This document shows, piece after piece, positions 20,831-29,086 of a DNA stretch of 52,514 bases. The notes beneath the pieces were generated by a model, which ran no database searches, had not been told where the DNA came from, and saw nothing but the letters and a program-made list of their open reading frames with translations. Within the stretch, counting starts at the first letter, position 1, and the number at the start of each line of letters is the position of its first letter. The translations under genes were made by a program, and so were the position numbers. This DNA comes from Candidatus Heimdallarchaeota archaeon. GTDB taxonomy: Archaea > Asgardarchaeota > Heimdallarchaeia > Heimdallarchaeales > Heimdallarchaeaceae. Location of the stretch: assembly GCA_019057815.1 (NCBI GenBank), contig JAHLWR010000024.1, forward strand, positions 1-52,514. The letters run 5' to 3'.

Positions 20831-22345
20831 TTATTTCGCTAGTTTACTTCTTTTTCTTCTATCATGTTTTAGATAAGTTATTGTAACTAAAACTATTGGA
20901 AAGATAATCAGAGCAAATATTGTAGTTAATTCTGTAACTGCAGGAATAACAATTACCAGTATAGTTTTTGCTGCTTTGTTTTCATAACAATCATAAGCAA
21001 CTAACGTATAATTATAAGTACCAACGGGTAATAAATCTACATTATAAAACACTGTCTCATTATTGCTCCATTGATAACTACATAAAACTAAACCATCTCG
21101 AAGGATTGTATAATTATATGGATTTTCATCTTCCAAAGTCCAGTTGAGAAAATTCCCTATGATTCCATATTTATATACATATTCATTTACAGATGTAATT
21201 ATAGGAGGTTTATTATCATACTCTATAGGGTACTGATGTCTGAAGTTTCTAATCCATAGTTTATGATTATCATTTATACTAGAAATGTCTCTATAGAAAA
21301 AAAGTATTTCTACTTCGTCAAAACCCGTCTTGGAGATGTTTAATTCAAAATAATTAAAACCTGTTTCCCCGTTATCAATAGAAAAGAAACCTAAACCAAC
21401 ATGAGGATAAATTCGTTGCTTAGTTACAGAATCATAAATTCTATAATGGACTGTTGATTCACCTGTTGAATCTGATGATATCTTTGCTTCAAAAGCAAAA
21501 GTTATGAAGTCATAGTATATTGGGATGGTTGTTGAAACGCCCACATAAGCATTATTCGTTCCTGAACCCTGTTCTTCAATCAAAACATGCGATTGATTAA
21601 CACTATACGAAAACTCACCACCAGAAAAGGGTGTTAATGACCCTGTTGTTGATATTCCATAAGTATCACAAGTCCAATTATAATAATTCAAAGGGATAGA
21701 TGGAGGTAATGAGTTTTTTAATGGTAATTGTCCTTCAGTATATATTCTCAAATTTCTTACCCAGCACTCCAAATTCCAATTAGCAGCATAGATGTCACCC
21801 ATGTAGATAAACATAATGACTTCAGTATATCCTTCAAAAGAGAAATTACCTCCCAGATAATCATATCCACTATCCAGAGAGACACCATCTGCTTGTGACA
21901 TAAAGATAGGAGTGTTATTGATTCTTTCAAGTGAATTTGAGTCAAAGAATCTTATAATACCATTTCTAACATCAGCAAGATCAGCTTTGGATCGAAATTC
22001 ACAAGAGAAGGCGAGAAAATCATTTTTTACAGGTACTTTTGCGTAAAGACCAAACATACATTGATGAGTATCGACTTCATGCAAATAGATCATGGTATCT
22101 GAGATTGAATATTCGAAATAGTCATCAGAAGTAGTATCTAAAAGCGTTGCATTTCCTGTATGATAAATTGATATATCAGTCCAATCGAGATCAGTAGGGT
22201 TTAAGTAATTCAAGCTATTATCTGACAGAATTTCGGAAGATCCCATCTCAAGTGCATTTACAAAGACCAGTTCTTGGGAAAATACTAGTGAAAGCAATGA
22301 AAAAAAAAGAATTCCAGTTATTAGAAAATCCTTTATTTTAATCAT
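20831..22345 (-). CDS. Surface protein with two tandem beta-sandwich domains, Ig-like module and TM anchor; paralogous to 7565..9187
   Basis: Shared FSCEFRSKAD/FSFEARSKAD, ANWNLECWVRNL/ANWNQEFWIKNL and NWTLxDENP...NVDLLPVGxYNYTL. Confidence 0.8.
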   Translation of the reverse strand: MIKIKDFLITGILFFSLLSLVFSQELVFVNALEMGSSEILSDNSLNYLNPTDLDWTDISIYHTGNATLLDTTSDDYFEYSISDTMIYLHEVDTHQCMFGLYAKVPVKNDFLAFSCEFRSKADLADVRNGIIRFFDSNSLERINNTPIFMSQADGVSLDSGYDYLGGNFSFEGYTEVIMFIYMGDIYAANWNLECWVRNLRIYTEGQLPLKNSLPPSIPLNYYNWTCDTYGISTTGSLTPFSGGEFSYSVNQSHVLIEEQGSGTNNAYVGVSTTIPIYYDFITFAFEAKISSDSTGESTVHYRIYDSVTKQRIYPHVGLGFFSIDNGETGFNYFELNISKTGFDEVEILFFYRDISSINDNHKLWIRNFRHQYPIEYDNKPPIITSVNEYVYKYGIIGNFLNWTLEDENPYNYTILRDGLVLCSYQWSNNETVFYNVDLLPVGTYNYTLVAYDCYENKAAKTILVIVIPAVTELTTIFALIIFPIVLVTITYLKHDRRKRSKLAK

Positions 22346-22417
22346 GGTTTGATTTTGTCAAACTATCATATAACACTATCTTCCTTGGAGTGTCATTTCT
22401 ATAATGATGTTTCAGTT

Positions 22418-23248
22418 TCATAACACATACGTTTTGATTAAAGTAAAAACACCCAACAGTATAGTTGTCGCTCCAATTATTGGTTGCAACTTCTTTATTG
22501 GGATGTACTTAACTGTAAAAACTGCTAAAGGAACGGAAAGAATCGCACCTACGAGAAGAGCTAAAACAAGAAATCCAAAAGCAGGAGTGAGAGTAGTTCC
22601 AGTTGCAGTGAAGTAGATAATCAGTGATGCTACACAAACAACAGCTTCAGAAAGGGAAGTGGAAGCTACAGCCTGACGAGGATTGCGATCAACTATCATT
22701 TGTCCAGATGATACAAGAGGACCATAACCCCCGCCACTCAATCCTTTATTGAATGCTGCAAGAAAACCAATACCAATAATTTTCCACCAAGAAAATTTCC
22801 ATTTGAGTTTTAATAAAACAAAAAGACCTACAAGGACAACTAAAACTCCGATGTAAGTCGTCATGGCAACTTCATTAATGTTTATTGCAATAAAAGCTGC
22901 AGCAATACCACCAATGATACCACAACTTGCAAGAATAGTTGAGATTTTGAAATCATCTGACATTTCCATTTTTCGATTTTTCATTGTCTTGTCTTTCTTT
23001 TTGAAGTAAATACGGAAATTAACATTTCCTACATAGTGATGAAGAGCTGCAGAACCGAATCCTGTCCATACTTCCGTAAATAGAACTGCAGGAATTAATA
23101 GATATCTATCAATGTTGAAGGCTAAGAGAACAGGAACCAAAATTGTCCCATATCCTCCCCCCATCGACGAGTCTACATATTCGCATACTAATGCTAGAAA
23201 AGCAAAAAGTATATACCATCCAACAGCTAAAACAGTTGCATCAGCCAT
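22418..23248 (-). CDS. TauE/SafE (TSUP) family sulfur-compound transporter
   Basis: Duplicated motif DSSMGGGYGTILVP / KGLSGGGYGPLV; multiple TM helices. Confidence 0.92.
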   Translation of the reverse strand: MADATVLAVGWYILFAFLALVCEYVDSSMGGGYGTILVPVLLAFNIDRYLLIPAVLFTEVWTGFGSAALHHYVGNVNFRIYFKKKDKTMKNRKMEMSDDFKISTILASCGIIGGIAAAFIAININEVAMTTYIGVLVVLVGLFVLLKLKWKFSWWKIIGIGFLAAFNKGLSGGGYGPLVSSGQMIVDRNPRQAVASTSLSEAVVCVASLIIYFTATGTTLTPAFGFLVLALLVGAILSVPLAVFTVKYIPIKKLQPIIGATTILLGVFTLIKTYVL

Positions 23249-23455
23249 ACTAACCAGATTTTAAGTTTGAAAAGATTCTGTAGTAAACCATATAAGGTTT
23301 GTGTCACACCAATACCCTTTGGTGTCAATATTTTTTTACTTCACTGGAATATCTATCGTTGTAAGGGCAATAATGATACACTTTGTAACAACTTGAAGCA
23401 AAGTATTTTGTTTTAAAACCAAAACATATATAAGTAAAAATAGAATAGTACTTCA

Positions 23456-23662
23456 ATGAACAAAATAAACATCGATGAAGTAGAATATATCACCGAAACC
23501 GCACTAACAATAAGGGAAAGCAGACGACGAACAACTGTTCCAAAAGAAATAGTAGAAGCATTGCACTTGAAAAACGGAGATAAAATCAGATGGTTATTAT
23601 TTGATGATGATCGAGTGATGATATCAAAAGTGAAGAAAAGAAGAAGAAGAAGAAACAAATAA
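23456..23662 (+). CDS. AbrB/MazE/SpoVT-family DNA-binding protein
   Basis: RTTVPKEIVEALHLKNGDKIRW. Confidence 0.85.
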   Translation: MNKINIDEVEYITETALTIRESRRRTTVPKEIVEALHLKNGDKIRWLLFDDDRVMISKVKKRRRRRNK

Positions 23663-23729
23663 TTTGATAGATTGAGAGAATTTATTGCACAAAACTATTT
23701 AATATAGAAAACAATTACTAAATAAGGAT

Positions 23730-24170
23730 TTGAGAGTTTTGGATAAGAAGGAGATAAATAAGGACTTCATATTCGATCGGATCGTAGAGGTTGAACAAAG
23801 ATTAAGTCAAATTAAACAACTAAAGAATACAAAATTAGAGGATTTTCTTAAGGATGACATTAGAAGAGATGCTTTAAAATATAGATTGCTTTCTTTAATT
23901 GAAGGTTTGGTTTCCTTATGCAACCATATTATCTCAAGGACAGAAGTTTCTCCTCCTTCAACTTATGCTGATTGTTTTAGAAAACTCTCAGGACTCGGAA
24001 TATCATCAGATACCTTAGTTGAAAAAATAGTCAAAATGATACAGTTTAGAAATATCTTAGCTCATCAATACTGGGTAATTGATGACGAAAAAATATACGA
24101 AATAGCACAGATTGATCATTCTTTTGTTAATGAATTCTTAAAAGATATTAAACAGTTATTGGTGAAATAG
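23730..24170 (+). CDS. HEPN (DUF86/HepT) RNase toxin
   Basis: PSTYADCF, FRNILAHQY (RX4HXY) motif. Confidence 0.92.
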   Translation: MRVLDKKEINKDFIFDRIVEVEQRLSQIKQLKNTKLEDFLKDDIRRDALKYRLLSLIEGLVSLCNHIISRTEVSPPSTYADCFRKLSGLGISSDTLVEKIVKMIQFRNILAHQYWVIDDEKIYEIAQIDHSFVNEFLKDIKQLLVK

Positions 24171-24171
24171 A

Positions 24172-24579
24172 ATGCAAATCTTTTATAGCTTAGAAGAAAA
24201 TGAAAAAGAGAAAATAATAACAATTATCAGTAATTTTCTTAACGAAAATAAAAACATAGAATTTGCTTACATCCACGGAAGTTTTGTCAACGCTAATTAT
24301 TTCAGAGATATTGATATTGGGGTATTTATTAGAGAAGATTGCATCCAAGAACTTGAAAAAGAGCTAGAGAACAACCTTTCCATTAAACTTACAGAGATAT
24401 TAAATTACGAATGTGACATTAAAATTATTAATAATTCTCCAATTCAATTTCAATATGCGGTCTTAAAAGGAAAACAGATATCCTGCAAAAATAAGGAATC
24501 TTTAGTTCTTTTTAAGGAAGAAATCTTTCTAAAATATCTAGACTTTAAACCGATAAGGGAACAATTTTTCGATAAATGA
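24172..24579 (+). CDS. Minimal nucleotidyltransferase (MntA) antitoxin
   Basis: FAYIHGSF...FRDIDIGVF (GS...DXD). Confidence 0.92.
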   Translation: MQIFYSLEENEKEKIITIISNFLNENKNIEFAYIHGSFVNANYFRDIDIGVFIREDCIQELEKELENNLSIKLTEILNYECDIKIINNSPIQFQYAVLKGKQISCKNKESLVLFKEEIFLKYLDFKPIREQFFDK

Positions 24580-24673
24580 AGTTTTAGTTTAGAAAAGTAA
24601 TTTTTCTAATAGAATCATAGAAAAGAAAGTGAAATAACCTGTATTTTAAAGAAATGAATGAATAATACCTTAA

Positions 24674-24747
24674 GAATGGAAAGCATTCGTAGAGTTAGAT
24701 AACGCAAAGAATTTTTGAGTTTTCACTTATTGGTGGAGGTAGTTCAT
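24674..24747 (+). mobile_element. Orphan IS200/IS605-type right-end remnant
   Basis: ...ttcacttattggtggaggtagttcat resembles the TnpB right end ...tcctaccttaaggtaggagtagttcat at 32990-33016. Confidence 0.45.
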
Positions 24748-24776
24748 AATAACAGTTCTGTGACAAAGAAACTAGC

Positions 24777-25445
24777 TCATATGTTTTTAAAAACTAGACA
24801 ATAGTGATGATCATAACCATAACCAAAGGTTCCATCTTTAAGATTTAATCCAGGTATATTCCAAACAACAATCACTTCACCTACAAAATGGAATACTTGG
24901 GAAACTTCGAAAGCAATATCCCAAGCGAGTGTAGTTAGTACATCTTGGTTTTTCAAGTTAGAAACTTCGATTACAATGGTAGAATTCGGTTTCATAACTT
25001 TTTTAAGATTTGAATAAATTTTTTGAATTTCTTTCAAATATTGATTGTAACCTCCTTCAGAGGTGAAACCACTTAAAGGATTGATTGATTCGGTTTTATT
25101 CATGAAGATAGGAGAAGAAAAACTGAAATCACATTTTGGGATATCATACTCTAACAGTTTACGTGAATCGCCATGAATAATATTATCTTTATTTTTAAGA
25201 TTCTTTCTTATGAATTGACATTTCTTTTCGATTAATTCAATACCATAAGGAATACGTCCCATTTCTTCAGCTAAGAATAATGTCGTTCCAAGTCCAGCAA
25301 AAATATCTATGACTTTGTCTTCTTTTTTTGAGCATCGATCAATGAAATATGCCACTACGGCTTCATCAGAGCGATTATCATATTTATGAAAATTTTCAGG
25401 AATTTCTCTTTTTGTATATTTATCAAAAATAACAAAAGTTTTCAT
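24777..25445 (-). CDS. Small SAM-dependent amino-methyltransferase (N4/N6 DNA methylase or Trm11-like)
   Basis: DIFAGLGTT motif I, GIEL, GDSR, and SSPIF in place of SPPY. Confidence 0.8.
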   Translation of the reverse strand: MKTFVIFDKYTKREIPENFHKYDNRSDEAVVAYFIDRCSKKEDKVIDIFAGLGTTLFLAEEMGRIPYGIELIEKKCQFIRKNLKNKDNIIHGDSRKLLEYDIPKCDFSFSSPIFMNKTESINPLSGFTSEGGYNQYLKEIQKIYSNLKKVMKPNSTIVIEVSNLKNQDVLTTLAWDIAFEVSQVFHFVGEVIVVWNIPGLNLKDGTFGYGYDHHYCLVFKNI

Positions 25446-25571
25446 CCTATCAAGATGAGTGAAAAATCCTATAAACCTTTTGATTACTCACTTGTAGAGT
25501 TTTTCCACGAGAAATAGAGTTAGGGTAACATACTATTTCACTAAACTTGGACAAAGTGGGAAAAATAATTC

Positions 25572-25958
25572 ATGGTAATTGTTAAATATGTCAAAAATAT
25601 AGCTTGGGTGAGTTGTATGTTTAGAAAGCGGAAGGACGAAGATAAATATGAGGATCTTTCTGAAAAAATCATTTTTAAAACAGAAGATGAAACATTTACG
25701 CTCAAAGATTGGGAAGAAAAACGCGAAAGAGCGCTTAGACTGAAAAAATTTCAAGAAGAAAGAAGTAAAAAAGAAACTAAAACCAAACAAAAAATGATGG
25801 TTTGTCCTAATTGTCATGTGGTTTTAGAATATGTTGAGCAGAATTTTTGTTCTGAATGTGGTTTTGATTTAAAAACCAAAACTATTGAAAAAGAAATAGA
25901 TAAGCTATTTCAACAATTACATGAATGGGAAAAGGATTCAACTGGAAAAAAAGAGTAA
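25572..25958 (+). CDS. Zinc-ribbon protein
   Basis: CPNC...FCSECG; true start probably at MFRKRK. Confidence 0.7.
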   Translation: MVIVKYVKNIAWVSCMFRKRKDEDKYEDLSEKIIFKTEDETFTLKDWEEKRERALRLKKFQEERSKKETKTKQKMMVCPNCHVVLEYVEQNFCSECGFDLKTKTIEKEIDKLFQQLHEWEKDSTGKKE

Positions 25959-26304
25959 CGTGCTAAAGCGGTTATTTTGCTATAATTCCTAAAATCTTTT
26001 GATTTTTTACCTTTAGAGATTTCCACACGAAATAGAGGTAGTGTCTTCTTGGAAAGGGTTCAATACAAGAAGGAATCTTCTAAAAAGGTAGGGAAGTAAG
26101 AAACCTATGTACTACCTTCTAATAAGTTGATTTTCTCTTGCTGGGTGTGCTTCATTCTTTGGTTTTGCTTTAAAAGTAGAGAAGGAAAAGAAATGTGAAA
26201 GGGAATAGAATAAAGTTAAAATTGACCTGTTTTTTTTTGACAAAAGTTTATTTGGCATACTTAGCTAAATTTAGAATAGAGTAAAATCTTTTTGGTGTTA
26301 CAAA

Positions 26305-26973
26305 TTGGGCGAACTAATTGGTAGGATTAAATCACTTGAAAATGCTATTGAGGACGCATTACATAAATATGAACTAGTAGAGAGTTATGCAGATGCATTG
26401 GCTGAATATAGACGTATAAAAGAGGAACTACTTGCATTTTCTATTAGTGAATCTGATCCTGACAGCTATAAGGAGCAACAACGTGTTCTTGCTTATGTTT
26501 TAATGCGTGAAGGAAATGCATTACGTGATTTGAATGAAGTGGAAGAGGCTAATGCTGTCCAAGAACTTGAATTAGTCGCAGCAAAAAATTCCGGAGATGA
26601 TATTGCGATAGCACGATCTTTATTCTCTTCAGCAGTACAAGAGCTTACTACTAGAAACGTTGAGAATCGTTTGAAACTTCTTGAGGAGGCTTTGGAGGCA
26701 TTTAATAAAGGTGATTCAGTTGATCATATTATGGGTGCTGGATGGGTATATATTATATATTCAGATTTGATGAATTTGGATTTGATACCTTCTGAATATG
26801 AAGAAATAGTTGAATCATGTAACCACGCGATAAAAATACTCAAACCAATTGAAAATTGACAGGGTTTAGCGAGAGCATACGAAGCTAGAGCTTTTGCACA
26901 TAAAAGTGCTGATGAGTTAGATTTAGCAAAAAAAGATGAAGAGATGGCAAAAGAATACACATCCAAAGATTAA
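26305..26973 (+). pseudogene. TPR-like helical protein with in-frame TGA at 26857-26859
   Basis: Frame continues PIEN*QGLARAYEARAFAHKSADELDLAKKDEEMAKEYTSKD to TAA at 26971-26973. Confidence 0.7.
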
Positions 26974-27339
26974 TTCCAAAAAAAGAGCTGTTCTATAACC
27001 TGGATAAAATTCCTTTTACGTTTTTTTTTTACTTTCGTAAATATTTCCTCTTGATGAGCGATTTTTACTATTAAAAGGTATTACACCAGTTCTAATAGAG
27101 AAATACTACTTACTTTAATGTGCGGAACATGATTTGTACGGTTTGACGAGATGGAAACAATCACATGAAGCAGAGAGTACACCGTACAAAGAAGAGAAAA
27201 GAGGTGTTAGGTGGGGTGATACAGAATCATAGACTTTCAGAATGTTTTAAGAAAGATGAAAAATTATCATAAAGACCCAACAAATACAAGTTTTCACAAA
27301 TCTTATTAAATCTGCAACGAGATAGTACTTGAAAATATA

Positions 27340-27618
27340 TCATTTTCTATACATATTTAAAACTATAATCTTTCTTTTACTTTTAAATAACCGATACATA
27401 ACTCTGTAGTCACCTATTCTTATTCTAAAATAGTTTTCTTTTTCTCTATACTTACGAACATCATACTTGCTTTTGAGAGATTCTCCACGCTTCATATCAA
27501 GTATTATTTGTTTTACAGCTTCTATAATATCAGGAGGAATTTTGTTTCTTTTGTTTTCAAGTTTTTTCGTAAAAGATCTAGTAAATTCGAGTTCATAAGT
27601 GATTTCTACCCTCTCCAG
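27340..27618 (-). CDS. RelE/ParE-family toxin lacking a canonical start codon (absent from ORF track)
   Basis: Manual translation VEITYELEFTRSFTKKLENK...YDVRKYREKENYFRIRIGDYRVMYRL...IIVLNMYRK*; only CTG (27618) or GTA (27609) at the 5' end. Confidence 0.85.
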   Translation of the reverse strand: MERVEITYELEFTRSFTKKLENKRNKIPPDIIEAVKQIILDMKRGESLKSKYDVRKYREKENYFRIRIGDYRVMYRLFKSKRKIIVLNMYRK

Positions 27619-28143
27619 TTAGTTCCATATTTTATCGTTTTTCTTTAGTTCCTCCCAGCTAACCGTTTTTCCTTTCTTACATTGTTTTATTGCTTTTTTT
27701 ATTAATTTCGATTCTTTTTTCGATAATTCTTCATCATCATACGGTATTTCATCAATTTCTTCAAATAATCCTTTTTTTGTACTATCTGGTTCCATAATCA
27801 GTACTTTGTCTTCTGATAGAATTGCAGTGATTTTATCTCCAATCTCTAATTCAAATGCTTGTAATATTTCAAGTGGCATTTTTATATGCGATTCAGGTAG
27901 GATTTGTAATTGAAATTCTTGTATCGTATGAACTACTTCTTGTAGTTTACGTATTCTCTCTAGATAAATTATAAAGGAAGTTGGCTCAGGTTGATAAGTT
28001 AAACCTCTAGTTTTTTTAGTATAAACATATTTGCACATATTTGTATATTCCAGATCCATTATGTCTTTTTCTTTTTTGTCTTTTCTTTGTGACTCTTCAT
28101 CATAATTAACAGTTTGTATTTTACTCAATGTCATCACCTTCAA
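27619..28143 (-). CDS. Antitoxin-like protein: extended N-terminus, AbrB-like domain, RelB/ParD-like tail
   Basis: HIKMPLEILQAFELEIGDKI; DEELSKKESKLIKKAIKQCKKGKTVSWEEL; directly upstream of the RelE-like ORF. Confidence 0.75.
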   Translation of the reverse strand: MKVMTLSKIQTVNYDEESQRKDKKEKDIMDLEYTNMCKYVYTKKTRGLTYQPEPTSFIIYLERIRKLQEVVHTIQEFQLQILPESHIKMPLEILQAFELEIGDKITAILSEDKVLIMEPDSTKKGLFEEIDEIPYDDEELSKKESKLIKKAIKQCKKGKTVSWEELKKNDKIWN

Positions 28144-28738
28144 TTTCTGACAATACTCTATTTAATTTGCTAATTAATTTCTCAATTTCAAATTTACTTA
28201 ATGAAAGAACTATTCTTTCTTTTTCATATTCGCTTTTAAAATAATCTAGATAGAGATTTGCAAATCTTTCATTAATTTCCATTTCTTTTCCTTTTATCTT
28301 TCTAGTTAAAATTTCAAAAGTTGTATTTGAAAGCAGATGTGAGGGTCTATTTAGAAATGATATGATGAAATCCTTTATTTTTTGATCAATACTATTAATT
28401 ATTTTCAACATTTTTTCCTTTTCTTTTTCGTCTTTTATTTTTGGTTCCTCAAAATCACTATTTTCGAATATTTCATAGATTGCAGGAATTAGAGAACCTA
28501 TTATTATACAAACTTCTTCTTTATCTATCTCTTTTATGTTTTCGAAATAGTCAGATTCTTTAATTTTGATACCAAATCCTGTTTCAATTTTTTCTATAAT
28601 CAAATCATCATTCATAATTGCTTTAACAAATATATTTGCAATCTCCTTTACTGATTCGTCATTCACTTTAGATAATACAATTTCAAGTTTTGATAATTCA
28701 GATTCCTTATTTTCTCTTGATTCTTCTGTGTTTGACAT
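28121..28738 (-). CDS. Hypothetical protein, candidate COMMD-like (helical N-domain plus COMM domain)
   Basis: 205 aa; C-terminal strand-strand-strand-helix hydrophobic pattern matches the COMM domain by eye; SD-like aggtg upstream of the ATG. Confidence 0.55.
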   Translation of the reverse strand: MSNTEESRENKESELSKLEIVLSKVNDESVKEIANIFVKAIMNDDLIIEKIETGFGIKIKESDYFENIKEIDKEEVCIIIGSLIPAIYEIFENSDFEEPKIKDEKEKEKMLKIINSIDQKIKDFIISFLNRPSHLLSNTTFEILTRKIKGKEMEINERFANLYLDYFKSEYEKERIVLSLSKFEIEKLISKLNRVLSEIEGDDIE

Positions 28739-29086
28739 TACTACACCTAATAAAACCCATTTATTTAAACTTATTCACAAACAATGATAAGTCTTCAGAT
28801 AGTTACCAATAATATATTACATAAAAATAACTTAAAAAATATTATCTAAAATATCTCAACTCTTGAGTTCGTGATTATGAAAAGCTTGAAACAAGAATTA
28901 CATTCTTATTGAGAAAAAGATTTAGAGGAAATAGTGTTGTAAAGGAGTTATTGATTATAGAACGCGCTTTTTTATTCTAACTAAGTGGAAAGAAAAAAAG
29001 AAAGAATTGGGTTTTTTAAAGTGAATTCATTTAGTAGGACATTAAAAATCGTAGTTAAAGGAAATTTAAAAAAGAGAAAAGAAACA

